NCBI GenBank assembly: GCA_951406725.2
Contig: OX597819.1
Coordinates: 105,834,001-105,898,000, forward strand
Source: Octopus vulgaris
Lineage: Eukaryota
Length of the DNA: 64,000 bases
Direction of reading: 5' to 3'
This document shows, piece by piece, positions 14,472-28,929 of this stretch. The translations under genes and the position numbers were made by a program. Position 1 is the first letter of the stretch, and every line of letters starts with the position of its first letter. The notes under the pieces were generated by a model. The model saw only the letters and a list, made by a program, of their open reading frames with translations. It had not been told where the DNA came from and searched no databases.

Positions 14472-15365
14472 CACACTCACAGACACACATATATACACAT
14501 AAACACACACAAACACACATATATACATATGTATATGTACAAGCATATGTACTCGCGCATACGTACATAGCACACTGACGTACAGGCATATGTACATAAA
14601 CACAACTTTCCAACTGTTTCTACATCAGGATAGCAAGCTATAACAAATGTTTTGGTATATATTCTAGTTTATACATCAGTATGCTAAACATGATAGTAAA
14701 TCGGTGTGTGCGTGTAAGTGCGTTTGTGTGTGTACGTGCGTGTATAAGTGTGCATGTCTATTCAGTTGTATATTTATCACCGTGACAAACTACTAATCAG
14801 TAAGGTCATCGGTGTATCCATATATCTGTCAAATGGTAGATTCAATTAAATCTTTCAGTTGGTGTACTGTGTGTGTGTGTGTGTATTTCATGCGTGCTTA
14901 TGTGTACGTTGATATGTAGGGCGTGCTTAAATGTTTGAGTACATGAGATTAATGAATGTTAAGAGTAATAATGTCCGTGTGCATGTAGACAATATGTAGT
15001 GAGTTGGAGATGAGGCTGAAGAATTGGAATGGCATTTTAATGTAGTCGTTTATAAAGAAACTAGTGGTTATAATATTGCACTTACGATAGTGGTAACATG
15101 GTTTCAATTCCTGAGCTGGGTGATGCGCTGTATTCTTGAACAAAACATTTCATTTCAGGTGGCTCTGCGTCCACTTCAGCACATGACGCGTGGCACAATG
15201 TGCACCTGTTGGGCAACGAGGAGGGAGTGAGTTAATGTACAACACACATACATTTGACCACTATAAACAAATCATTTGTGAAGGTCGTTCAGCAAAAACT
15301 GAACAGCCACACAGAGACACACACATACACAAACAAATACGCACACACACACATATATATATATA

Positions 15366-15440
15366 GTGACGTATATTTGCCATTTGAATATCGCTAACTC
15401 CTTAGGGATTAGCCATATTTAAATGGCAAATATACGTCAC
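15366..15440. repeat. 75-bp hairpin / inverted repeat
   Basis: Perfect 20-bp stem GTGACGTATATTTGCCATTT / AAATGGCAAATATACGTCAC, with further imperfect pairing toward the loop. Confidence 0.9.
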
Positions 15441-15479
15441 GGTGTGTTGTAGCTACTGTTTATAACTCGCTCTGAGATT

Positions 15480-15523
<44 letters not shown>

Positions 15524-15647
15524 GTATATATATATATATATATACACATATATATATACACATATATACCTGTATATATATATATATATACACATATATA
15601 TATACACATATATACCTGTATATATATATATATATACACATATATAC

Positions 15648-15687
<40 letters not shown>

Positions 15688-15689
15688 GT

Positions 15690-15720
<31 letters not shown>

Positions 15721-15731
15721 TGTATATATAT

Positions 15732-15777
<46 letters not shown>

Positions 15778-15780
<3 letters not shown>

Positions 15781-15900
15781 CGCTTGGCTAAGTGGTTAGA
15801 GCGTCGAGTCTACGATCGTGAGGTTGTGAGTTCGAATCCCAGACCGGGCTGCGTGTTGTGTTCTTGAGCAAGAAACTTTATATCACATTGCTCCACTTCA
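15778..15900 (+). mobile_element. tRNA-derived SINE head
   Basis: A box TGGCTAAGTGG, B box GTTCGAATCC, followed by CORE-like TGTGTTCTTGAGCAAG. Confidence 0.75.
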
Positions 15901-16046
15901 CGTAGTAAAGTTAAGGTAGCTATTAAAAATTGAAACCCATCATTGACTCTTAGGACACCCTGTATACGCATATAGACACGCATAGATATTTATATGCATA
16001 TATTATATATATAACTATATATATATAAATAACTATATATATAACA

Positions 16047-16077
<31 letters not shown>

Positions 16078-16525
16078 TAACTATATATATAACTATATAT
16101 ATATATAAATAACTATATATATAACAATATATATATATATATATATAACTATATATATATATATATATTTATATAACTACATATATAACTATATATATAT
16201 GTGCCGTGTGTATGTGTGTACGCGCGAGTATGTCTGTGTGCACGCGTTTACTAATGGTGTTGGCTTTTTATGGTTTAGTTTTATGTTTAGAATTTTTATG
16301 GATTATTTTTCTTCTACTTTTCGTCGTTGATCATTTTCGCCTTTTATTAATCTTTCAACACCCTTAATAAGGGCAATTTCTTCGATACGTATTAGTGTAA
16401 AACACGTATGTTTGAAAAGCTGAAGACCAAAAGCACCATTCTGCTTCCTGAATTAAAAAAATCTTTCTTTAAGTATTGTTACTGAATCAAATACTTTTTA
16501 TAAAAGCTTTATACATACATACATA

Positions 16526-16594
<69 letters not shown>

Positions 16595-16999
16595 TAAATA
16601 TATATATAATAATAACAATATTAGGGAATAAATCCAAACTTACAGGGAAAAATTAGATTTAGGATTAAATCCAATCTTATAGTATAAATATATTATATTA
16701 TATTATATTAAATTAGAGATAAAACCACTATTAGGCAAATCAGTGAAAAACATAAGCCAATACATAATATTAATTTTAAAATATAAAAGTTAAAAATAAA
16801 AAATTATTTAATTAATTTAAACTTATAAATTTTATATATATATACAAATATATATATGTATGGATGTATGTAAATTTTTATATTTATATATTATTTTATT
16901 AATTAATTAATTAATTTATTTATCTATTTATTTATTTATTTATTTATTATTTTTTTAATAAATATCAAAAGTATTAAAAGTTTAATAAAATATAAAGAG

Positions 17000-17072
<73 letters not shown>

Positions 17073-17997
17073 GTATGTATATAAATATATATATATTGCA
17101 CTTGATTTGTTTTTGAGGCAAGCGTTACATTGCTGAACTTAAAACTAAAGGCAGCTAATAGGTGTTATAAAATACTGTAATGTGCTTCTTTTTGTAATTT
17201 AAACACTTCAAACGTTAAACTGCCAGCAAATGAGAAAGTAAAATAGTAAAATATTGTAGAAAATGATGACAATCGTAGATGAAACCTATTGAAACTTATT
17301 GTAGACGTATATATTACAATTCTTTTCATCTTTAAATTTAAGTATAATACTTCAAAATATATACTCTTAACGACTACTCATCAGACATTTAGATATTTAA
17401 CTGAAATACCTATACGTCTAGCATCAATAGCAAATACGGACATCGATACTATTTAATTGACATGACTGTTAAAATGTTTTATTTTCATTCCTCTATGAAG
17501 ATATTATCAGTAAATGATGTATGCAGTAAACACTAAACAAGTACACTAACTTTACATTTACGAGAGTAACGGAGCTACGTAACAGAGAACTGAAAAGCAA
17601 CGCCAGCAACTCATATAATACTTTTTGACGGCTGTGAACCATTAATACTATACAGAGACCACTTACAGCATATAATGTACACAAAAACCATCTGCCATTG
17701 AAACATAAACATGCTCATAAAGGGAGCGATGAAGAGATAAGTGAGAGAGAGAGAGAGAGATATATATATATACATATAGAGAGAGGGGGAGAGAGAGAAA
17801 GAGGGTTCTTGCATAAATGTACAAATAACTATTGATGCAAAGAATTGAGTAATAAATATTCAATGAAGCTGAATAAATTTTCCCGCTTTATATATGCATA
17901 CATTCCTCGCCACATACATGGTGATAATTTCTGTTTTGTTTTCATGTACACATATGAAGGCATTTGCCAGAAACAAATTACACACACACACGCACAC

Positions 17998-18081
<84 letters not shown>

Positions 18082-18467
18082 GAATGTATGTATATTGCGA
18101 AATAACACAGAAGCGCATGTAACCATGACCCCAAAGCCAAAAATGTCTACGAAAATTTTTGTTGATGCTATTCCGCAGCAAAAGGTCTTTTCTCATCCAA
18201 GTGTACTCTAGCATGTTAAATATGACTTTACCTGAACGAGTATACACACACATGCGCCTACACGGAAGCACCCACAGAAACAGAGAGAGAATCAGAGAAA
18301 GCGATAGCATGCTAAAGAATCTTTTTTTCATTTTTCAGTTTTATGAAATATATATTAGTCTGAGTTCTTTGTAACATATGTTATTTGTACATTATTGCAA
18401 CAACTCTCATTTATCATTCCTCATTTCTTTCTGTCTTACTTTCTTTACCTTTCTCGTTGTGTATATA

Positions 18468-19710
18468 CAGGATGAGACAGAGTGGACGGACATTTTTGAA
18501 AACTTCACAACATCATTAATTTTAGCTGCAAACAAATTTTATTGACATCAATGAGTTCATATTGAATTAATATGTGTCAAAATCAAGTGTGGAAAACAGC
18601 ATTCATCATATGGTGTCCGTTTTCATTGATGCGCTTTTGAATGCGTACTTTGAAGTTGGCCTCCACTCTCTCCAGCAATGTTCTGTCGATTTGGGTGACT
18701 TCCACGCGAATAGCTTCCTTCAAATCGTCCAATGTACGGAGATTGAGGTTTCCCCACTAGAAATAACCATAATGGACCAATCAGGGGACCGAGGGAGCCA
18801 ATGAATGTCTGCAAACCTGGAAATGAAGCGGTCACCGAAAAGAGGGTGAAAAAAATTCCATTGATACTCTGGCTGTGTGGGCCGTCGACCAATTATGCTG
18901 AAACCACACTCGTCGAATAGGCATACGTTTTCGTCGTAATTCAGGCACAAAGAAGTTGTATATCATCTCGATGTAACGCTCGGAGTTCATAGTGACAGCC
19001 CTTACTTTATTGTCTTCAAAAAAGTAAGGGCCAATGACGGCAGCTTTTCCAATAGCACACCAGACCGTCACTTTTGGGCTGTCCAGTGGTTTGTCATGCA
19101 GTTCTCGCGGATTTTCAGGAGCCAATAACAGCAGTTCTGTTGATTCACCATGCCATTCAGATGAAAATGATCTTCATCACCCATTAACAAATCAGTTTGT
19201 CATTTGCCTCAAAAACTACTTCAATCTAACGTGCGAAGTTAAGCCGCTGTACATAGTCCCATGGTTTAAACTGTTGCCCAATAACCAATTTGTACGAGTG
19301 AAAATGCAGGTCTTCATGCAAAATACGCCTTACCGATCGATCACCGATGCTATATTCCACATTTCCGGGGTCCGTGCCGTTTCTGGCGCCCCCACTGGTC
19401 TCCTATTGATTAGTGTACCTCGTGTACGAAGTGCATTCACCCAACGTAAGATTGTGTTATGGGTTAGAACAGTTTGATTTCCTTGAATGTTGAAGTGACA
19501 CCGAAACTCACGCTGAACTGCTGTGACAGAGTCGTTATTCTTCACGTAACTGTCGTAGGCAAACGTGATGCTCTATCGTCCGCAGCGCTATGGCTTCACC
19601 TGAAACGGGAAAGAATGCTAAGATACCAAGGAGCTGAATGGTACTTGTCGGATATATGTCCCTTCCTCTGGAGCTATTTTAAAAACATCCGTCCTCTCTG
19701 CCCCACCCTA
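18468..19710 (-). mobile_element. Tc1/mariner-superfamily transposon (rosa/DD41D-like, DUF4817-type HTH), defective
   Basis: Imperfect TIRs (CAGGATGAGACAGAGTGGACGGACATTTTT / AAAAACATCCGTCCTCTCTGCCCCACCCTA) flanked by TA; fragments SVTAVQREFR...TILRWV...GAPETARTPE, PLDSPKVTVWCAI...GPYFFED...WFQ...AHTA, and WLPRSPD. Confidence 0.88.
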
Positions 19711-19950
19711 TACGTATGTATGTATGTTTGTATGCATGTATGTATGCATGTATGTATGCATGTATGTATATATGTATGTATATATATGTGTGTGTGTGTG
19801 TATGTATGTGTAGCAAATATGTAACAAGGGTATCCAGGTATATTTGTTACTTATTTGCCTTTTATTCACCTAACATCGAGCTGTACGGACAATGCCGGAC
19901 TGACTTGGTGCTTCAACATAAGTACCTAAATCAACTGAAACTGAATTATT

Positions 19951-19991
<41 letters not shown>

Positions 19992-20167
19992 CATATACAC
20001 GTACATTAATAATAGAAACACACACACACACACACACATATTGTTTATAGAAAAATACTACTATTTAAAGATACAGAAATAAAATTTAAAATTATCAAAC
20101 GCGTGATAATGCTAATGAATAGCGTAATCAGGATGAATTATTCATACATTGCAGAAAAATACGTTAC

Positions 20168-20242
20168 CGGCCAGCCATGAAACTCGAATTCATATCCCTG
20201 TGTTTACGCGTCAAGTGCTTTACAATTAAGCTAAACTGCCCA
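20168..20242 (-). pseudogene. tRNA-like relic (Thr-CGT-like; tRNA pseudogene or SINE head)
   Basis: Minus strand reads GGCAGTTTAGCTTAATTGTAAAGCACTTGACGCGTAAAC...AATTCGAGT with A/B box remnants; stems are mismatched, so not a functional tRNA. Confidence 0.5.
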
Positions 20243-20812
20243 GTAACGAATTCTTCTGCGATTTTAGAACTTATAAATTTAGCTTCATAAGACGCTAACG
20301 TTAAATTCAATTTATCTCTACATAATGCTGAGGCTCAATTTATCCGGCTGATTCTATTGTTGTATTTTAAGTTTCATGTTAGCATGATTTCACAGAACTT
20401 TATGGAGATGATGGAAATTAAACGCCCAGCGGCATGAAGAGACGTAATATGAACAAACTAACAGAGTCACTACCATAAAGACAGAAGCATTGAGTGTAAT
20501 ATAAAATTGAAAATACTAAAATACTTAGTTGATGCATTAAATCTAAATTGTTGCAAAACCATCTTTACCGTAAATATAACGAAGAAATACTATACATAGG
20601 GGATCCAGTCATGAAACCTCTATTATAGAGTACATTACAGTCAAACGATCATCTTTTGAATGGAAAACATCTGTCAAAAGAAATACAAGACAGAACAACT
20701 GTACAATCAGGGAGAAACAGTTAAAGTTAGGTATACATGCCACATTCGTTTTCTTCCCTTAGGTGCAAAAATGTGTGCAGTATAATATTACTTTCAACAT
20801 TTATTTGGTTTT

Positions 20813-20850
<38 letters not shown>

Positions 20851-21684
20851 GAGAGAGAAAAAAGAGAAAGAAAGATAGATAGATAGAGAGAGAGAGAGGC
20901 AAAAATTAATTACGATGAAATATGAAACGGAGTATTGTTGCAGGGATCAAAATATACAATGGCCTTAGCCATTATTATCATCTATGTACAATTGAAAAAC
21001 TCAAGATTTTAGCTCACTGTATCTTGAACAGACAGAAACGTTCTTTCAAAGAAATTTAAACTTCAAAACTGCAAACCTGTTCGAGTATCAGCAAATCACG
21101 AATTGAAAATTAGCTAAAACCAAAACTAATGTCAGCTGACGAGTTATTTCGGCTTTCTACAATAAAATAAATTAGGTATATCGTATACAAATAGTAGCTT
21201 ATGTGAAATCACTCTCTAGTATCTGACAGACAACATGTTTCTCAAGGAATTCCAGTGAACTCACGAGAATAAACTCACACTCACATCAGAGAAAATTAAT
21301 TTTCTACCAGAATTTGACCATCAAGTTAAAGATAGCGCTCCCTTCAAATAAATGTATTATATCAGTTGAGAATAACATCATTTTACGATATTCACACATG
21401 TTTTGTTAGCTAATGGAATATCGAAGACTCGACGCTGTCATGTATTAAGGAGTTTTTCAATATAGAATATTATGGCGTCTGCTTGATCGTCTAAGCATAC
21501 AATTAATTTAACGGCAATCGGCGCCGGCTGAGTACATACATACATATATATATATATATATGTATGTATGTATACATATATAAATATGTATACATATGTA
21601 TAGATATATATAAGCATACATATAAATATACATATACATACCTACATATATATATATGTATAAACATATAGGTATGTATCTCGT

Positions 21685-21856
21685 GTGTATTGTTGGCGAT
21701 TTTTTTCCTCTGTCTTCCCTTCTCCTATGTTTCCGACGAAAAGCTCCGCTCGAAACGTTAAACCCTCCTTCTTTCCTTAGCGTCCAATAACACTATATTT
21801 GTTCGCGTCCTCGCGTTGTTGAGTTTTTTTCGTGCTTTCTTGTTTGGATTAACTTT
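21685..21856 (+). mobile_element. PLE pseudo-LTR (family P2) with minimal hammerhead at 21729-21763
   Basis: GTTT-CCGACGA-A-AAGCTCCGCTC-GAAAC-GTT-AAAC; similar to the 3' end of the Neptune-type element (55740-55900); ends at (TA)n. Confidence 0.75.
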
Positions 21857-22017
21857 ATATATATATATATATATATAAATATATATGTATAATATATATG
21901 TATATATGTGTATACATGCATGTATGCATATGAGTGTGTATGTGTGTACAGAGAACCATCTGATCATGTCCTTCATCTCTTTCTTTGTATCTCTCTCACT
22001 GCCACACTCTCTCTCTT

Positions 22018-22068
<51 letters not shown>

Positions 22069-22386
22069 ACTATACATACTCGTGTGTCGGTGTTGGGATG
22101 AATGTGTGTGTGTGTGTGTGTGTGTGGGGGGTTTAATTATTTAAAGTTTCTACTTTTTTACTTTACATGAAATAACAGGACAGAATATTTAATATGAGGA
22201 AAATGTTATTCCAAGTTTTACGTTGCAGGTGCAGCGCCAAGAATTATTCTCATTAAGAGCTGATTACTTGACAGGAATATTCCAGGGTGCAATATATCTT
22301 ACTGAAATATACGTTTTTGTTCACTATCTTCTTGATTGACAATATATGTGATATGAGATACACAGTTTCCTTGAGTAATTGGTTTA

Positions 22387-23285
<899 letters not shown>

Positions 23286-24354
23286 TGCTCTTACATAAGC
23301 AGGTTCAAGGACCTAGCAAACGCGATACGTAGCCCGAATTCCCATAAACTACTTAAACGCAACATATTTTTGTCTAACCCTACTTTAGTTTACATATCAA
23401 GACAAATCTTGCCAGTAATTTCTTCAATTAAATACAAAACTACATCTAACCGAGCACAAATCCTTAAAGTAGGTAGCAAAGCAACATCAATCTAAGTTAT
23501 AGCAAGACACCTAACTCCGTGTCGCATTTATCAACGTCGAAATCTTATTATCCATCAATTCTAACCCTCTCCTTATCTGAGCTGCAAAAGGCAAGACAAC
23601 CTTCGACAGTAAATGCCTCGATAAATAAATAATGTACGGCGAAGATCACTCCACGAGACACAGTACATCCAGATCATACCTTATGAGAGAACATCTTCAA
23701 ATCTAGATTCTACAATGCATTAAATCTTTCGAAAAACAACAAAATTTCATTAAACACCAGTTTATTTAAGTAATATGGCCGTTTAAAGTCCAACAGACAC
23801 GAATTATAACACCAAATTCAGATTCTCAGTTAGTACGAATGCATAGTGAGAATGATTTTGAAATCCATGTATTGAGAAGATGTTGGCATCAATGTACCTT
23901 TCCAGTACACATCAAGTTAAAATCTGAACTGATCTACTTTTGTATGTACATGTCCAAGAACTTGTTTTCAAACTCTGACAAAGATTTCTTCTACGTTGCA
24001 ACTAAATTCAATCTTAACATACGCGCTCCAACATATACTGATTAATCTATATATCACAATCCACCTACAACATTGAGGTATTATAGTAGTCTGATTATAT
24101 CATTTTAATATCAATAGTCCGTGTCCTATATTCTGGAAATTATATGCTGTACCATTCATTTTAATATCCACAGACATTACGCAGAAAATCTATTAAAAAT
24201 GTGATTATCCTCCATGCTTATGTCTCTGTATATCTGGATCTCAATGTTCTCATAATTCAACATCTTCTCGTGCATATCAACTATACCACAATAATTATTG
24301 TACTTAGTTTATTCAATCAACAATTTTCAAATATTTTGCTGATTATTCTTTTGT

Positions 24355-24660
24355 GGAGATGCAATGGCCCAGTGGTTTGGGCAGCGGACTCGCGGTCGGA
24401 GGATCGCGGTTTCGATTCACAGACCGGGCGTTGTGTGTGTTTATAGAGCGAAAACGCCTAAAAGCTCCAGGAGGCTCCGACAGGGGGTGGTGGCGACCCC
24501 TGTTGTACTCTTTCGCCACAACTTTCTCTCACTCCCTCTTCCTGTTTCTTAAGTAACGCTGCGATGGCCTGGCGTCCCGTCCAGCTGGGGGGAACACATA
24601 CGCCACAGAAACCAGGAAATCGGGCCCATGAGCTTGGCTAGGCTTGAAAAGAGCGAAAAA
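24355..24660 (+). mobile_element. tRNA-derived SINE family B with V-domain-like segment
   Basis: A box TGGCCCAGTGG, B-box-like GTTTCGATTC; CTGCGATGGCCTGGCGTCCCGTCCAG resembles the V-SINE domain; second copy at 61825-62045. Confidence 0.8.
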
Positions 24661-26211
24661 AGAAGATTATCCTTTTCCGTTAATTTTCATATAGATGGGT
24701 GGGGAAGCACAATGAGGAGTTTTTACAGCATTATTGACTTTGAGTAACCTTACAAAGACTATATCAGATAAGCAAATGACCTTCTCTAAATGCATTAAAA
24801 CATTATAACATAATATGAACATCATTTCAAAAAAATATCCTCGTTCTCTTTGAGAATAAAAAAAAAATCGGCTAGGGCAAAATGAGTAAGCCAAAATAAG
24901 ATAAATTTGCCTGTTCTATTCTACAGAACTACATTTCAATACAGACTTGTACACATCAACATCCATCTCTAGACATTAGAATGATCAGAAATGCCACAAA
25001 AATAAAAAAATATTTCGGGCAAATGAAAGAGGATCAAGGAAAAAATGGCACATGATATAAATTTAACGAAACTCGACTGAAAAAAAAAAACAAAAACAAA
25101 AAAACTCATCATCTGCTGAAGTGGCTCTCATCTCAATATATTTGCGAACCATGAAGTAAAAGAGAAGAAATTATTGAAATTAATCATAACTCATTTTTCC
25201 CCCATCTTAGAATTTATGTTTTGAAAATTGGAAATTATCAAATTAGACATTAGTGTGGGAAAAAATGATTTGGAATCCAACAGAGAAAAGAATATTGATT
25301 ATTAAACGCGAAAAATTATCCAGATATTTTATTAGCAACCTCAATTAAAATCGGATCAAAGTTGAAATATTTCTTGAAAAAAAAAAAGTACCTGATTATG
25401 TTTCAAGGTTTCTCAACTTCAGCAACAAGTATGCTGAACGACTTTTACTCCTAAAGATGATGCAATAATTGCAATGAAATGATTTCAAACAGGTAAGGAG
25501 TAAATAACGAATCAGAAATTACTCATTTTACTCCGGTTTCTGATTTTGCCTCAAACTCAATTATTCTTACACTTTTACACAGTATTACTTTATTTATATA
25601 TTATTTAGTATTGTATTTTTATTCAACTCCATTATAAGTTTCACTTGTATTTTATATTTCACTAGTATAAACTTTACGTTTACGAATTAGTTTTGCGAGG
25701 TTCCTGATGGGAAATCGGGTGCTGAAGCGGATATTGTTATACTTCGGCTTGGTAATTTTTTTCTTGCCAAATATATACACGCACTATATATTTGTTCTTC
25801 ACTCGATTATTATTGTTCTTATTTTATCATAAGTCTATTGTTTGAAATCTAAGTGATTAAAGACTTCATTCACGTCACACGGCAAGTAATTAGGAGGGCT
25901 TACACCGAGGCATGCCTCACTCTGGTCCATCTTTGCATGAACAATAATTGATGCCACATGAGACAGTCCCCATGCCTAAGTGTTAAAAGGCCTTATGCTT
26001 CAAGAGTAAATCAAAGAGAGGTAAAATAAAACACTCCTACATATATTACCCAAGGAAAATGAATGAATATCTCAGGTGGGAGGGGATGTTTATCGACGCC
26101 TGTATATTGGTATGGTGAGAGAAGAGGCAGAGAGCGGCAATGAACATAGTTACAAAGCAAACTACTTAACAACACACCTGTACTTTCGCATATATATATA
26201 TATCTATGAAT

Positions 26212-26283
<72 letters not shown>

Positions 26284-26715
26284 TACATATACACTATATA
26301 GATGTGTATGTATATGTATTTCTACCTACCTACCTCCATACGTACTTACATATCTACCTACCTACATACCTATCTATCTATCTATCTATCTAATCTGTGA
26401 AATCATCCCAGAATTATTTCCAGTTCAAATAAAAGAACATTAAAAGAATACAAGTGAATGCATAATTCATAGTAGATATTATACCATGATGTAAGTTGCA
26501 GGTGCAATGCCGAACAGAATTATCATTAAATACTGATTACTACCATAAGAAGCTACAAAAAAGCAAAACAAAACAAAATAAGAACAGGTATATATTGAAT
26601 ACAGTATAGCAGTATACGTTATCAATTTATGTTTGTCTGAAATATCTTATTGATTACAAATTTAACAACTATGAAACATATTTTCTTGTATAATTCATTT
26701 GTGCATGCGTAAGTA

Positions 26716-26766
<51 letters not shown>

Positions 26767-26823
26767 TGTGTGTGTGCGTGTACGTATGTATAAACATGCA
26801 CATATATATACATATGTATATGC

Positions 26824-26895
<72 letters not shown>

Positions 26896-27400
26896 ATGTG
26901 TGTTTGTATACACACACATACGTATATAATATTATAATTAATAACAAGACAATGGTTAATCTCTATTAAAGATATTTCAAGCTTTATATTTTGGTAATTA
27001 GTTTAAACAATAACGCTCCTACTGAATCCAATGAAGTCAATCTTGGTCTTATTTCCTGAAATGTTTAAAGTGTTAACAAAGTTATTATACTAAATTAAAC
27101 ATTACAGAGACAATTAAACTTTGCAGAAATATATGATGAAAGCATTTTGATACACGAGGTTAAACGCAAACAAACCTGATTTTTAAATATACCACTTGTT
27201 TACACACACACACACACACAGATATATATATACAAATATCATCAACCAGTAAAATGAATACTCGCAAATTACCGTGCTTCTCAAAGTGATCTTTCCTCAA
27301 CTCAAGTCATACAGTTCTATATTTAAGAGATGAGGAATTATGTACATTATGTACATTATTTACATTTGACGGATATTTGTCCTCATCTTGTTTGTTGATA

Positions 27401-27446
27401 AACACAACGTTTCGGCTGATATACCTACCAGCCTTCATCAGGTGTT
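27401..27446 (-). ncRNA. Minimal type I hammerhead ribozyme (canonical core)
   Basis: AACAC-CTGATGA-A-GGCTGG-TAGGTATA-TCAGCC-GAAAC-GTT-GTGTT: 5-bp stem I, 6-bp stem II, palindromic AACGTT stem III. Confidence 0.85.
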
Positions 27447-27497
27447 TTGGGAAAATTTTGAACCTGGGTTCTCATTTCAGGTTCGAAATTTCCCCAA

Positions 27498-27543
27498 GAC
27501 AGCTCATGAAGGCTGGCGGGTATATCAGCCGAAACGTTGTGTT
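27498..27543 (+). ncRNA. Hammerhead ribozyme copy with core mutation (CTCATGA)
   Basis: GACAG-CTCATGA-A-GGCTGG-CGGGTATA-TCAGCC-GAAAC-GTT-GTGTT; the G5>C change is probably inactivating. Confidence 0.7.
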
Positions 27544-27999
27544 AAAGACAAACAAGATTAGGACAAATACCCGTCAAATGTAAATAATGTAAATAATGAA
27601 CTCAAGTCATGTAGTGTTATTTGGTCTGGAAGTATCAGTTCTTGTCTTAAAGTCAAATCTTAAAACATTCTTAGTCAAAGCCATATGCATAACCTCGTAT
27701 ATCATGATTATGAAAAGTCACGTAAATGTTATATAGACGTTATATAACGATTCTAAACGGATCCAATGAAACGTTGGAAGTAACAGGATCAAATACGAAA
27801 TAAGAAAGCAGCCAATATATTCCAAGTAATAATGATGATAACACCAACAATTTATAGTACAGATGTATATCATGCTTTCAGCAGAATAGGCCTGGAAACT
27901 AACATTTTTAAAGAATGTTTGTAACAGTTCAATAATTCTGATTGTCGGCTTCAAACTGATTTGACCTGACACTGGATAACATACAGACATCTTATGGAA

Positions 28000-28830
28000 T
28001 GGCAGTAAGATTCATATCTGTGTTGACCTACTCTTTCTAAAATCAACCAGTGGATTTCGAAAATAGCCGAACTAAATTATTTTGATAGTCATTCGACTTT
28101 GGTCGTAATTCTTGAAGATCTGTTTTATGGATATTTAATGTATTTTTATGCAGATAAAGTCTTGTCTCGAAGCTGATTTCTGTTGCTCCTGTGTAAGTTT
28201 TGTATGTAGGGCTACTTTGGACCCGTATTTCATTTCTATACTCGACATCTTTGATCAGTCGATTGCTTTTACGTGGGTAGCAGCTGGGGTCTGTATAATT
28301 ATATTTCAGATTTTTTACGTTTTCATTAATAGAGTTATAGAGTTATTTTCTCTATTGTGTTACCTTCTCTGCCAGTAAAGCTCTTACAATTAGACTTGCT
28401 AATCTTCAGAGTTACTTCAGTTGAATATCCTATTATAGCCATGACCATAGATTGTAACTTAAAAATTCCCTCGCTTTTAGTCTTAACATTCATACTGGAT
28501 GTCGGATTGAACCCCAAGATCTTTCTAGTCCTATTTCCGCAAGAGCTTCCAGGGTTATTTTCATAATGGATCTGCACCAAGAAACCGCTGTTCTTAGGGG
28601 TATCGTTGTAGAAAGGTAAGGCCTTGTCGAAGATCACCTCGTTCACTGACAATGTGAAAATTCGATTCCTTGTATAATGATTCCCTGTATTATACTTAAT
28701 GACTTTAGGCGGGTGGTTAGAATTTTCATTTATACAGAATAACCTTTCATTAGAATTAGGGTAAAGTTTAGGACTGCTAGCTTCTAGATGTAAAGTAACA
28801 GTCAAGAAGTTGACGCTGCTAAGGTTCACT
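28000..28830 (-). pseudogene. Degenerate PLE RT C-terminal/thumb fragment (Hydra-clade-like)
   Basis: VNFLTVTL...INENSNHPPKVIK...LSVNEVIFDKALPFYND...RTRKILGFNPTSSMNVKT resembles PLE motifs FLDV, SNHPP and WFNPP; left boundary approximate. Confidence 0.7.
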
Positions 28831-28929
28831 GTTGATATGAAACTTGGAGAGGGAAGATTTGACCCAGTGGATGAGACATTAGATGGATTTATTTCGAAGA
28901 TAATTCCCTAGCTTGCAGCATCATTATCT

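Larger units (their letters stand above)
27311..27598. mobile_element. 288-bp fold-back element (inverted PLE pseudo-LTR pair) with a hammerhead in each arm and a 12-bp TSD
   Basis: Palindromic over ~27345-27597; direct repeat AACTCAAGTCAT at 27299-27310 and 27599-27610. Confidence 0.85.

Noticed and set aside
15778-15850. Functional tRNA genes at SINE heads (also 20168-20242 and 24355-24430)
   Set aside because: A/B boxes are present but cloverleaf stems do not pair fully; the 15778 and 24355 heads also continue into SINE bodies.
23290-24250. Possible decayed LINE on the minus strand
   Set aside because: Composition is suggestive, but I could not recover a diagnostic motif by eye.
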